64,000 nucleotides of DNA from Bacteroidales bacterium (GTDB taxonomy: Bacteria > Bacteroidota > Bacteroidia > Bacteroidales > F082), in NCBI GenBank assembly GCA_024681295.1, contig JAILBC010000132.1:12397-76396 (forward strand). The letters are read 5' to 3'. Of the stretch, positions 55,474-64,000 are shown piece after piece. Made by a program: the position numbers and the translations under genes. The notes below the pieces were generated by a model that was not told the DNA's origin, searched no databases, and worked only from the letters and a program-made list of their open reading frames with translations. The stretch's first letter is position 1. Each line of letters begins with the position of its first letter.

Positions 55474-56088
55474 TTACTCCAAAATACCCTTGCCCTGACG
55501 GACAATATAAACCTCATCCTCAGTGCAATCAACCACCGTACTTGCTACATGCTCACCGGCGCCCCCGTCGATGATGATGTCCACCAAATCCTTGTATTTC
55601 TCGTTGATCTCCTCAGGATCGGTGAAATAACGCCCCATCTCGTCGTCCTCGTCGACCAACGAAGTGGTCATGATGGGATTGCCCAGCTCTTGAACCAAGT
55701 TGGTGATGATGGGCTGGTCGGGGATACGAATGCCCACGGTCTTCTTCTTGCTCTGGAAGATGCGCGGGATGTTGTTGTTGGCGTTCAAGATGAAGGTGAA
55801 AGGCCCGGGAAGGTTGCGCTTCATCATCTTGTAGACCTCGTTGTTGATGGGACGGGTGAACTCGCTCAACATGCTGAGGTCATGGAAAATGAACGAGAAA
55901 TTGGCCTTCTCCTTCTTGATGCCCTTGATCTGGCAAATGCGCTCAAACGCCTTCTGGCTGTGGATGTTGCAGCCCATACCGTAGATGGTGTCGGTGGGGA
56001 AGATGATGGTCCCGCCATCTTGAAGACACTCCAAAATCATCTTCACGTAGCGGGGATTGGGATTGGTCGGATAAAGTTTTAAAAACAT
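55474..56088 (-). CDS. YrdC/Sua5/YciO-family L-threonylcarbamoyladenylate synthase-like protein
   Basis: 204 aa. GGTIIFPTDTIYGMGC and PGPFTFIL motifs of the YrdC domain. Confidence 0.85.
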   Translation of the reverse strand: MFLKLYPTNPNPRYVKMILECLQDGGTIIFPTDTIYGMGCNIHSQKAFERICQIKGIKKEKANFSFIFHDLSMLSEFTRPINNEVYKMMKRNLPGPFTFILNANNNIPRIFQSKKKTVGIRIPDQPIITNLVQELGNPIMTTSLVDEDDEMGRYFTDPEEINEKYKDLVDIIIDGGAGEHVASTVVDCTEDEVYIVRQGKGILE

Positions 56089-56105
56089 GTCAAAAAATTT
56101 GGCTG

Positions 56106-56131
56106 CAAAAATACAAATTTTATTAGTTTTG
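56106..56131. promoter_or_regulatory. Divergent promoter boxes (TAnnTTTG on both strands)
   Basis: Minus strand: TATTTTTG at 56106-56113, upstream of the ATG at 56088. Plus strand: TAGTTTTG at 56124-56131, upstream of the ATG at 56155. Confidence 0.4.
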
Positions 56132-56154
56132 CGCTTTCAAAATTCACTATAAAT

Positions 56155-57564
56155 ATGGGCGGCTTCTTTGGCACAATCTCAAAGCATCCTTGCATCAAGG
56201 ATCTTTTCTACGGTATTGACTATCACTCACATCTCGGCACCAAACGCGCAGGCATCGTGACACACGACGGCGAGCTCTTCCACCGTTCGATCCACGACAT
56301 CGAGAACACTTACTTTCGTACGAAATTCTGTGATGAACTCGACAAGTTCGAGGGCAATCTGGGTATCGGTGTCATCAGCGATACCGACGCACAGCCCATC
56401 ATCGTCAACTCGCACCTCGGCCAGTTTGCCATCAGCACGGTGGCCAAGATCAACAACCTCGACGAGCTAGTGCAGCATTGCCTCGACAACAAGCAGCACT
56501 TCGCCGAGTTGAGCATGGGCTTCACCAACCCCACGGAACTCGTGGCACTGCTCATCACCCAAGGCGAGGATTTCGTCGATGGCATCAAGAACGTATACAA
56601 TAAGGTGAAAGGCTCCTGCTCGATGCTGATCCTTACCAAGGATGGCATCATTGCCGCACGCGACTACTACGGTCGTACACCTATCGTGGTCGGAAAAGGG
56701 GAGGAGGGATACGTACTCGCCTCGGAGAGCCATAGCTTCATCAACCTCGACTACACCACTTGTTACAACGTGGCCCCCGGCGAGATTGTCAAGGTCACCC
56801 ACGACGGCGTCCAGCAACTGCTGGCACCCAACCCCAAGAAACAGGTGTGCTCCTTCCTCTGGATTTACTATGGTTTCCCCGCCTCCGACTATGAGGGCGT
56901 GAACGTAGAGGAGGCTCGTTACAACGAAGGCCGTGAGATGGGTAAACAGGACTATGTCGACATCGACTATGTGTCGGCTATCCCCGACTCGGGCATCGGC
57001 ATGGCACTGGGGTATTCAAATGTTCGTAAGATTCCATATTTGCGTGGCGTAGTGAAATACACTCCAACTTGGTCGAGAAGTTTCATGCCGGTCAACCAGA
57101 GCCAACGTGAGCATGTGGCCAAGATGAAACTCATCCCAAACCGTGCCTTGCTCGAAGGCAAGAAGGTGGCTTTCTGCGACGACAGCATCGTGCGTGGCAC
57201 CCAACTGCGTGACAACGTGAAGATGCTTTATGACTACGGCGCCAAGGAGGTGCACGTCCGCATCAGCTGTCCTCCGCTGCTCTTCGGATGCCCCTTCCTC
57301 AACTTCTCCGCCTCGAAGAACGTGATGGAACTCATCACCCGTCGCTGCATCGAGGAGCTGGAAGGCGACGATAACCGCAACATCGAGAAATACATCGACC
57401 AAAGCAGTCCGGAATACGCTCGTTTACTGGAGATGCTGCGCCAACACGTCGGGGTGGACTCGCTGAAGTTCAACACTTTGGACAGCGTGGTGAACGCCAT
57501 CGGGCTCCCCAAATGCGACCTCTGCACGCACTGCTTCGACGGGTCGAGCTACGGTCACGAATAA
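56155..57564 (+). CDS. purF: Amidophosphoribosyltransferase-like protein (PurF family, N-terminal Cys nucleophile absent)
   Basis: 469 aa with a class-II amidotransferase-like N-domain and the PRTase motif KKVAFCDDSIVRGTQL. The N-terminus is MGGFFG rather than MCG. Confidence 0.8.
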   Translation: MGGFFGTISKHPCIKDLFYGIDYHSHLGTKRAGIVTHDGELFHRSIHDIENTYFRTKFCDELDKFEGNLGIGVISDTDAQPIIVNSHLGQFAISTVAKINNLDELVQHCLDNKQHFAELSMGFTNPTELVALLITQGEDFVDGIKNVYNKVKGSCSMLILTKDGIIAARDYYGRTPIVVGKGEEGYVLASESHSFINLDYTTCYNVAPGEIVKVTHDGVQQLLAPNPKKQVCSFLWIYYGFPASDYEGVNVEEARYNEGREMGKQDYVDIDYVSAIPDSGIGMALGYSNVRKIPYLRGVVKYTPTWSRSFMPVNQSQREHVAKMKLIPNRALLEGKKVAFCDDSIVRGTQLRDNVKMLYDYGAKEVHVRISCPPLLFGCPFLNFSASKNVMELITRRCIEELEGDDNRNIEKYIDQSSPEYARLLEMLRQHVGVDSLKFNTLDSVVNAIGLPKCDLCTHCFDGSSYGHE

Positions 57565-57722
57565 ACTTTTTTCGGTTTTTTCTTGCCAATCCAAGAAAAG
57601 ATTGTACTTTTGCATCGGGTAAGTCTTACACGACCAGCTCCCTCTGAATTCCCCCAGGACCGGAAGGTAGCAAGGGTAGGAGGTCGTAGCGGTGCGATGT
57701 AAGTAGCTTACCCTTTTTTGTG

Positions 57723-57730
57723 TATCTTTG
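57723..57730 (+). promoter_or_regulatory. Candidate -7 promoter box (TATCTTTG)
   Basis: 18 nt upstream of the ATG at 57748. Confidence 0.4.
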
Positions 57731-57747
57731 CAAAAAATTACCGACGC

Positions 57748-58686
57748 ATGGACCTTTCGATCGTGATACCGCTGCTCAACGAGGCTGAGTCGCTTCCCGA
57801 ACTGGAAGCCTGGATTCGCCGTGTCGTGGAAAAAGAAAACTACAGCTACGAGATCGTCTTCGTTGATGACGGCTCCACCGACAACTCTTGGAAGGTGATC
57901 CAGGACCTGGCCAAGAACAATCCTAACATCCACGCGCTGCGTTTCCGCAAGAACTACGGTAAGTCGCCGGCCTTGAACGAAGGCTTCAAGATTGTGCAAG
58001 GCGACGTGGTCATCACCATGGACGCCGACCTGCAGGACAGTCCCGACGAGATTCCTGAACTTTACCGCATGATCAAGGAAGACGGCTATGACCTGGTCTC
58101 GGGCTGGAAGAAAAAACGTTACGACTCGAAGGTGATGAAGAACATTCCTTCGAAGTTCTTCAACTGGACCACCCGTTGCATGTCGGGCATCAAGCTCCAC
58201 GACTTTAACTGCGGCCTGAAGGCCTACCGTAATGAGCTGGTGAAGAGCATCCAAGTGTACGGCGAGATGCACCGTTACATCCCTGTCATCGCCAAGATGA
58301 ACGGCTTCTCCAACATCGGGGAGAAGGTGGTGCATCATCAGAAACGCCAGTACGGGAAGAGCAAGTTCGGCATGAGCCGTTTCGTTCGCGGATACCTCGA
58401 CCTGATCACCATCAACTTTATCTCGAAATTCAGCAACCGTCCCATGCATTTCTTTGGAGTGCTGGGTTCCCTGTCGTTCCTAGCTGGTTTCATCATCACC
58501 ATCTACCTGATTTGCACGAAGTATTTCGGCCACGTCTACATCTCGATGACGCGCCGTCCCTTGTTCTACTTGGGTATCCTCGCCATGATCGTGGGTGTGC
58601 AACTCTTCAGCACAGGCTTCCTCGCCGAGATGATCACCTCGACGCAGAGAGAAAAGAGGGTTTACTCCATTTCGGAAAGAATTTAG
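57748..58686 (+). CDS. Family 2 glycosyltransferase (polyprenyl-phosphate sugar transferase type) with two C-terminal TM helices
   Basis: SIVIPLLNE, VDDGSTD and DADLQD motifs. The C-terminal helices are FGVLGSLSFLAGFIITIYLI and LGILAMIVGVQLF. The start is taken at the internal ATG, 57748. Confidence 0.85.
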   Translation: MDLSIVIPLLNEAESLPELEAWIRRVVEKENYSYEIVFVDDGSTDNSWKVIQDLAKNNPNIHALRFRKNYGKSPALNEGFKIVQGDVVITMDADLQDSPDEIPELYRMIKEDGYDLVSGWKKKRYDSKVMKNIPSKFFNWTTRCMSGIKLHDFNCGLKAYRNELVKSIQVYGEMHRYIPVIAKMNGFSNIGEKVVHHQKRQYGKSKFGMSRFVRGYLDLITINFISKFSNRPMHFFGVLGSLSFLAGFIITIYLICTKYFGHVYISMTRRPLFYLGILAMIVGVQLFSTGFLAEMITSTQREKRVYSISERI

Positions 58687-58744
58687 TGGAAAGATGAAAG
58701 TGGAAAGTGGAAAACTTTCAACTCTCCACTTTCCACTTTCCACT
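58686..58744. terminator. Bidirectional hairpin built from GTGGAAA heptamer repeats between convergent genes
   Basis: Four tandem G(T/A)TGAAA/GTGGAAA units (58686-58713) face three TTTCCAC-type units (58723-58743). The arms 58700-58713 and 58730-58743 are perfectly complementary. Confidence 0.5.
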
Positions 58745-59187
58745 TAATAAAGGTCATCAATATTCCCGTCGTAGCTGTCGCCGCCGAAGGAGTCACCGAA
58801 TTCGTCTCCGAACTCGTCGAATTCGTTTTCATCAAATTCATCCTCAAACTCGTCAAAGGGGCTGTCGTCAGGGATGTCGGCATTGTCCCAGTCGAAGTCA
58901 TCGTCCAGCTTGTTCTCGTCGAAGTCATCGCCTTGGTCCATCTGGTGCATGAACTCCGCTATTTCGTCATCGCTCATCTTGTCGAAGTCGCGGTCGAGTA
59001 GGGCGGAGTCGCTAATGGCACGACCCAGCGATTTCAGATCACGTTTCAACGAAGGAGAGACGTAAAACTCATCGATATTCTCCTCACAATATTTTATGTA
59101 TTTGGGGTCTTTCTCGTAGACTTCAGCGATCGTCTGTCCTTCGTACTTACCGAACGTGAAGACGTCATCAAGATCATAGAATTTCAT
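58744..59187 (-). CDS. Hypothetical protein with extremely acidic C-terminal tail
   Basis: From the internal Met at 59187: MKFYDLDDVFTFGKYEGQTIAEVYEKDPKYIKYC..., then a DDFDWDNADIPDDSPFDEFEDEFDENEFDEFGDEF tail. Confidence 0.55.
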   Translation of the reverse strand: MKFYDLDDVFTFGKYEGQTIAEVYEKDPKYIKYCEENIDEFYVSPSLKRDLKSLGRAISDSALLDRDFDKMSDDEIAEFMHQMDQGDDFDENKLDDDFDWDNADIPDDSPFDEFEDEFDENEFDEFGDEFGDSFGGDSYDGNIDDLY

Positions 59188-59207
59188 AATGCCTGATAAA
59201 TTTGGCG

Positions 59208-59235
59208 CAAAGATAGTTGTTTTTTTATATTTTTG
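59208..59235. promoter_or_regulatory. Divergent promoter boxes (TAnnTTTG on both strands)
   Basis: Minus strand: TATCTTTG at 59208-59215. Plus strand: TATTTTTG at 59228-59235. Each lies ~17-21 nt from its ATG. Confidence 0.4.
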
Positions 59236-59251
59236 CTTAAAAATTTGAAAA

Positions 59252-59845
59252 ATGAAAATAGACTTTGAAGAAATTGAGGATGGCATGAGAGACGTCATCA
59301 AAGAATCGATCGCAATCAAGCAAAACCTTTTATCAGACGAGGATCTTCTAGACAGGCTTCATAGGGCCATCGTAGTGTGTGCTGATTCGTTGGAAAAAGG
59401 TGGTAAAATCTGGTTTGCCGGCAATGGCGGAAGCGCTGCCGATGCACAGCACTTGGCCGCCGAACTCAGTGGTCGCTTCTACCTTGATCGTAAATCCATA
59501 CCCGCCGAGGCACTCCATACCAATACCAGTTTCCTTACCGCTGTGGCTAATGACTATGGTTACAATATGGTCTATTCACGATTGCTCGAAGGTTGCGGTC
59601 GCACTGGCGACGTGCTAGTGGCTATCAGCACCTCGGGCAACTCGCGTAACGTGGTGGAGGCAGCCAAACTTGCTCAAGCCATGGGAATATACGTCATCGC
59701 CTTCACCGGTGCAACGGGAGGAGCACTCGGTAGATGTTGCAATGTGCTGCTCAATGTGCCGAGCAACGACACACCTCGCATTCAGGAATGCCATATTATG
59801 TTGGGTCACATTCTTTGTGAAAACATCGAAAAGATACTTTTTTAA
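59252..59845 (+). CDS. gmhA: D-sedoheptulose-7-phosphate isomerase (SIS domain)
   Basis: GNGGSAADAQHLAAEL and ISTSGNSRNV motifs. 197 aa. Confidence 0.85.
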   Translation: MKIDFEEIEDGMRDVIKESIAIKQNLLSDEDLLDRLHRAIVVCADSLEKGGKIWFAGNGGSAADAQHLAAELSGRFYLDRKSIPAEALHTNTSFLTAVANDYGYNMVYSRLLEGCGRTGDVLVAISTSGNSRNVVEAAKLAQAMGIYVIAFTGATGGALGRCCNVLLNVPSNDTPRIQECHIMLGHILCENIEKILF

Positions 59846-60387
59846 TGAAGCCCGACTGGAGACAATACATCAGCGATGACTGGACGCTGTTCCTCGACCG
59901 CGACGGCGTCATCAACCGCCGTATCATCGACGGCTATGTCACCTCATGGGATGAATTCGAGTTTCTTCCTGGCGTGTTGGAGGCCCTTGAGATACTGGCA
60001 CAGCGCTTCAGATACATCATCGTTGTCACCAACCAACAAGGCGTAGGGAAGGGGCTGATGACCATGGAGCAGGTCGATGACATCCACGACCGAATGTGCA
60101 CCGAGATCGAAGCCCATGGCGGTCGCATCGACGGCATCCTGGTCTGTCCCCAGTTGGCCTCCGAGCCTGACAACTACCGAAAACCCGACCCATCCATGGC
60201 TTATACCGCCCAAGAGATTTATCCCGAAATCGACATGGAGAAATGTGTCATGGTCGGCGACGGTGCCACGGACATTGAATTTGGCCGCAATGCTGGCACC
60301 AGAACCATTTTCATCGGCGATGAGAATCCCGATGCCGATGACTGTTTCTCCTCTTTAATTGAATTTGCCAATTGTTTGAAACTATGA
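59845..60387 (+). CDS. gmhB: D-glycero-D-manno-heptose 1,7-bisphosphate phosphatase (HAD-IIIA)
   Basis: FLDRDGVIN (DxD), VVTNQQGVGKG, YRKPDPSM and MVGDGATD motifs. Translationally coupled to gmhA. Confidence 0.8.
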   Translation: MKPDWRQYISDDWTLFLDRDGVINRRIIDGYVTSWDEFEFLPGVLEALEILAQRFRYIIVVTNQQGVGKGLMTMEQVDDIHDRMCTEIEAHGGRIDGILVCPQLASEPDNYRKPDPSMAYTAQEIYPEIDMEKCVMVGDGATDIEFGRNAGTRTIFIGDENPDADDCFSSLIEFANCLKL

Positions 60388-61853
60388 CCCCTGCCATTAT
60401 ATTCACCGTTTTTGTCATCTACACGGCACTGCTTTTCGTCATTGCCCACTTCACCTCGCGCAAGTCGAACAACGACGCCTTCTTCAAAGGTAATCGCAAA
60501 TCTCCTTGGTTTGTGGTGGCCTACGGCATGATAGGCGCCTCTTTGTCGGGCGTGACCTTCATGTCGGTGCCTGGCGGAGTCTATTCAGGTCAATTCACTT
60601 ACATGGGCATCGTGCTGGGCTATGTCATTGGCTATGCCGTAATTGCCTTGGTATTGCTGCCACTCTATTATAAGCTTAATCTGACCTCGATCTATTCCTA
60701 CCTGGAGATGCGTTTCGGCGTGCATTCCGAGCGGACGGGAGCGGCCTTTTTCTTGCTCTCTAGGCTGCTAGGCTCGGCTTTGAGGATGTATCTGGTGGTG
60801 TTCGTCCTCTATGAATATGTGTTCAAAGCTTGGAACGTGCCGTTCTGGATTCCTGCCGTGGTTTTTATTATCATTATTTTACTTTACACTTTTAAAGGTG
60901 GTATTAAGACAGTAGTATGGACTGATACGTTACAGACTACTTTTTTGATTCTAGCTGCTGTGTTGACGGTAGTGTACATCACCAAGAACCTCGGTATGGG
61001 TATAGGCGACATCCTGAAGGCATCTGCGGATGATGGCTATACCAAGATGTTTGAGACCGACTGGACCCATAATAAATTCTGGCTAAAGCAGATTTTAAGT
61101 GGAGCCTTCATCACCATCACGATGACGGGTCTGGATCAGGACATGATGCAGAAGAACCTCACCTGCAAGAACCTCCGTGATGCCCAGAAAAATGTGATGA
61201 CTTCGAGTGGACTGTTCATCCTGGTGAACATCGTGTTTCTGAGTCTCGGTGCAGCCTTGATTTACTATGCCCAGCAGACTGGCTTCACCTTACCTGTCAA
61301 TGCCAATGGGGTGGTGGTCAACGATAAGATCTTCCCCTCGGTGGCCTTCTCTTTGAGCACATTCACCGCCGTGGTCTTTGTGCTGGGTCTGGTCGCCGCT
61401 GGCTATTCCAGTGCCGATGGCACGCTAACCGCCCTCACTACTACCTTCTGTTACGATTTCTTGCATTTTGAGAAAAAAGGCTACAGCGAGCAGCAGGTCA
61501 CCAAGTACCGCAAGCTCATCCATGTGGCTTTTGCTTTGCTATTTCTCATGGTGATCATCCTTTTCAGACCTTTCCACAACGAATCCCTGATTGATAAGGT
61601 GTTCGACATCGCCGGCTTGACCTACGGTCCTTTGCTGGGCCTTTACACCTTCGGTCTTTTCGTCAAAAACCGCAAAGTCAACGACAAGGCAGTGCCTTTC
61701 ATCGCCGTCGCTTCACCCATTATCAGCTATCTACTAAAAACCTACTCCGCAGAACTCCTCTGGGGGTATCATTTTGGGTTTGAGATCTTGATTGTTAACG
61801 GGTTGTTAACGTTTATAGGATTGTTAATCGCTTCGAAAAGACGTGTGATGTAG
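60384..61853 (+). CDS. Sodium:solute symporter family transporter
   Basis: About 13 hydrophobic helices and SSF-like motifs (GGIKTVVWTDTLQ). The ATG at 60384 overlaps the gmhB TGA. Confidence 0.8.
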   Translation: MTPAIIFTVFVIYTALLFVIAHFTSRKSNNDAFFKGNRKSPWFVVAYGMIGASLSGVTFMSVPGGVYSGQFTYMGIVLGYVIGYAVIALVLLPLYYKLNLTSIYSYLEMRFGVHSERTGAAFFLLSRLLGSALRMYLVVFVLYEYVFKAWNVPFWIPAVVFIIIILLYTFKGGIKTVVWTDTLQTTFLILAAVLTVVYITKNLGMGIGDILKASADDGYTKMFETDWTHNKFWLKQILSGAFITITMTGLDQDMMQKNLTCKNLRDAQKNVMTSSGLFILVNIVFLSLGAALIYYAQQTGFTLPVNANGVVVNDKIFPSVAFSLSTFTAVVFVLGLVAAGYSSADGTLTALTTTFCYDFLHFEKKGYSEQQVTKYRKLIHVAFALLFLMVIILFRPFHNESLIDKVFDIAGLTYGPLLGLYTFGLFVKNRKVNDKAVPFIAVASPIISYLLKTYSAELLWGYHFGFEILIVNGLLTFIGLLIASKRRVM

Positions 61854-61946
61854 TGTGTCTTCGACACACAGTTTGCGATTAGTCATCTTCCCCCACACTA
61901 CGCTTCGCTTGTGTGGGGTTATTGAGGTTGCGCCTCTTCGAGGCGC

Positions 61947-63005
61947 TTATTCCATTCCCATGCTGATAATCTGTCCCGTGTTGGGATCCAGCAGCATCTT
62001 GGTGTGGACCAGCGGTGCCAGCATGAAGACGCCGAACTGGGCGAGGGTCTCGCGGCACTCGAGGATGGTGTCATCGCCCAAAGTGACCTTGAGGTAGACC
62101 GTCTCAGGGATGCGGTAGAACAGCTTGTTCTCGTGGCTGATGCTCTCAACTGCCGAGGGGCTCAAGGCGTTGATGTTGCCCGTGGTCTGCAAGGAGATGG
62201 CCTGAACAGTGATGCTTTGGCCGTCGTACACGTTGGTTGAGAAGCCGTAGTCCTTCGAGAAAGAACCCACGGTCTGCAAGGGGACGTCCTTCGAAAGTGT
62301 CACATACACGGTCTGCACCACCGGGGTCACCACGCGCTTGCCGACGAAGAGGCTCAGGTACTCAGCCTCCATGGCGTCGAGGTCGGCGTACATCTGACGG
62401 TAGGTGTCGAGGGTGAAGGCGGTCTCCTGGAAACCGGTGATCAACTTAATCTTCTCTTCGCGGATGCGGCTGATCATCTCGGCGGCGGCACGGGCTTGTT
62501 GGTCCTCGCTACGCATGCTGCTGGAGCTGTATTGGTATTTGAAGGTTTTGTTGTCGGCCGAAACAGGAACCTTAACCGATGGGGTGGCAGGATTGACTGT
62601 CGTCTCGTTGACCATACCCACTCCCTCAAGGATACCTTTTGAGTTCAGGTAGAACGGCTGTGACTCTCCTTTCTTGGTGTTCATGGCGACAAAGAAGGTG
62701 GCGTTGGGGTCGGCCTCAGCGTAGGTGCTCATCACCACGTCGCGAAGGACGTACTCCACATCGTTGTCGAGGATGACGTCACTGGCGCCAATCATGTAGG
62801 CGAAGTCGCTGTACGGGCCTTCCACCAACTCTGTCTTGTCGACCATCAGGTCGAGCTGGATGACCGTGCGCGGCAGGGCATAGTAGATGCCTTTCTGCTG
62901 GCCCGGCATGGCGGTCTTGGCGTGGGTGGTGACATATTGTGCGTTCAGATGGCCACACATAGCGAACAGGGCCACCATAAAGATCATGCTTTTCAATTGT
63001 TTCAT
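61947..63005 (-). CDS. Secreted hypothetical protein (DUF4831-like)
   Basis: From the internal Met at 63005: signal peptide MKQLKSMIFMVALFAMCGHLNAQ. The family name is recalled, not searched. Confidence 0.55.
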   Translation of the reverse strand: MKQLKSMIFMVALFAMCGHLNAQYVTTHAKTAMPGQQKGIYYALPRTVIQLDLMVDKTELVEGPYSDFAYMIGASDVILDNDVEYVLRDVVMSTYAEADPNATFFVAMNTKKGESQPFYLNSKGILEGVGMVNETTVNPATPSVKVPVSADNKTFKYQYSSSSMRSEDQQARAAAEMISRIREEKIKLITGFQETAFTLDTYRQMYADLDAMEAEYLSLFVGKRVVTPVVQTVYVTLSKDVPLQTVGSFSKDYGFSTNVYDGQSITVQAISLQTTGNINALSPSAVESISHENKLFYRIPETVYLKVTLGDDTILECRETLAQFGVFMLAPLVHTKMLLDPNTGQIISMGME

Positions 63006-63038
63006 AAGGTCCTCCTGAGGTTTTTTCAATTTCGGCTT

Positions 63039-63067
63039 CAAAAATAATAAAAAAATTCCTAGTTTTG
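63039..63067. promoter_or_regulatory. Divergent promoter boxes (TAnnTTTG on both strands)
   Basis: Minus strand: TATTTTTG at 63039-63046. Plus strand: TAGTTTTG at 63060-63067, upstream of the kdsA ATG at 63083. Confidence 0.4.
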
Positions 63068-63082
63068 CAAAAAAATATTGGA

Positions 63083-63868
63083 ATGATCACCTATCCCTAT
63101 CATAAAGACGGCCGTTTCTTCCTGATGGCGGGCCCTTGTGTCGTCGAGGACGAGACCTCGCCGCTGCGTATTGCGGAGACCCTCACGGAGATTACCTTGC
63201 GACTCGGGATTCCCTTTATCTTCAAGGCTTCGTACCGCAAGGCCAACCGTTCACGGCTCGATTCTTTTACTGGCATCGGCGATGAGAAAGCGTTGAAAGT
63301 CTTGGGCAAGATCCGTCAGCAGTTTGGTGTTCCCGTGGTCACCGACATCCACGCTGTGGAGGAGGCTGCCATGGCTGCCGAATTTGTCGACATATTACAA
63401 ATTCCGGCTTTTCTTTGCCGTCAGACCGACCTTTTGGTGGCGGCGGCCAAGACGGGGAAGGTGGTCAACATCAAAAAGGGACAGTTCCTCTCGGGCGAGA
63501 GCATGGAGTTTGCCGTCGACAAGGTGAGGCTCTCGGGCAACAATCAGGTCATCCTTACCGAGCGTGGCACCATGTTCGGCTATCAGGATCTGGTGGTCGA
63601 CTTCCGCAACATCCCCATCATGCAGGGCTTTGGATGCCCCGTAGTGCTTGATGTGACGCACTCTTTGCAGCAACCCAACCAGCCTTCCGGTGTTACCGGC
63701 GGAAAACCTGAAATGATTGGCCTGATGGCTCGCGCTGGAGTCGCCGTCGGCGTCGACGGACTCTTTATGGAGACGCATCCCGATCCAGCTCACGCCCTGT
63801 CTGACGGAGCAAACATGCTTCCGTTGGATCAAGTGGAGGAATTGCTGGAAAAGTTATCAACCTCCTGA
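63083..63868 (+). CDS. kdsA: 3-deoxy-8-phosphooctulonate (KDO-8-P) synthase
   Basis: FIFKASYRKANRS, VVTDIH, LQIPAFLCRQTDLL and LDVTHSLQ motifs. Confidence 0.9.
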   Translation: MITYPYHKDGRFFLMAGPCVVEDETSPLRIAETLTEITLRLGIPFIFKASYRKANRSRLDSFTGIGDEKALKVLGKIRQQFGVPVVTDIHAVEEAAMAAEFVDILQIPAFLCRQTDLLVAAAKTGKVVNIKKGQFLSGESMEFAVDKVRLSGNNQVILTERGTMFGYQDLVVDFRNIPIMQGFGCPVVLDVTHSLQQPNQPSGVTGGKPEMIGLMARAGVAVGVDGLFMETHPDPAHALSDGANMLPLDQVEELLEKLSTS

Positions 63869-63902
63869 CTTCTTACTTCTGTCTTCTAACTTCTTTAAAA
63901 AC

Positions 63903-64000
63903 ATGTTTTTAGTCTTCGATACCGAGACCACCGGTCTCCCTAAACAATATAACGCACCGCTCACCGACTTCGACAACTGGCCACGTCTGGTGCAACTGGC
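63903..64000 (+). CDS. DnaQ-like 3'-5' exonuclease, N-terminal fragment (runs off window)
   Basis: MFLVFDTETTGLP is the Exo I (DxE) motif. Confidence 0.6.
   Translation, partial: MFLVFDTETTGLPKQYNAPLTDFDNWPRLVQL

Noticed and set aside
58686-58744. The heptamer palindrome considered as transposon or IS terminal inverted repeats.
   Set aside because: The arms are adjacent and enclose no gene. No transposase or target-site duplication is nearby. The position between convergent stops fits a terminator.
59252-63868. The gmhA-gmhB ... kdsA cluster considered as a possible accessory or novel polysaccharide island.
   Set aside because: The genes have standard motifs and typical host promoters (TAnnTTTG), and there is no compositional break or mobile-element signature. 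It is ordinary core LPS-precursor metabolism as far as the window shows.

Overview
The window holds about 55.3 kb of a tailed, apparently contractile-tail prophage from a Bacteroidales-type genome. The prophage runs off the left edge and abuts the 3' end of a tRNA-Lys(UUU) gene at 55327-55399. About 8.6 kb of host DNA follows, with YrdC/Sua5-like, purF-like, GT2, gmhA, gmhB, a Na+/solute symporter, kdsA and a DnaQ-like exonuclease start.

Prophage layout:
- 1-9376: a minus-strand early or accessory block. It includes an RtcB RNA ligase, a TrpF-like TIM barrel, an MmcB-like nuclease and a RuvC-like resolvase.
- 9377-9600: a divergent control region.
- 9601-55256: a plus-strand late block. Its order is portal, Mu-F-like protein, ClpP-type protease/scaffold, capsid, sheath/tube, frameshifted chaperone, 1322-aa tape measure, baseplate and fibres, a phage sigma factor, TerS, a lysis cassette and TerL.

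The main finding is a complete diversity-generating retroelement (DGR) inside the fibre module.
- The 129-bp VR (38329-38457) lies at the 3' end of a 2339-aa multidomain protein.
- The 129-bp TR (39109-39237) differs from the VR at 21 positions, every one an adenine in the TR.
- An Avd-like gene sits between them, and a reverse transcriptase lies downstream.
- The RT reading frame is broken by a +1 shift at a CUU-AGU site.

All calls come from reading the sequence and from recalled family motifs. No database search was run.
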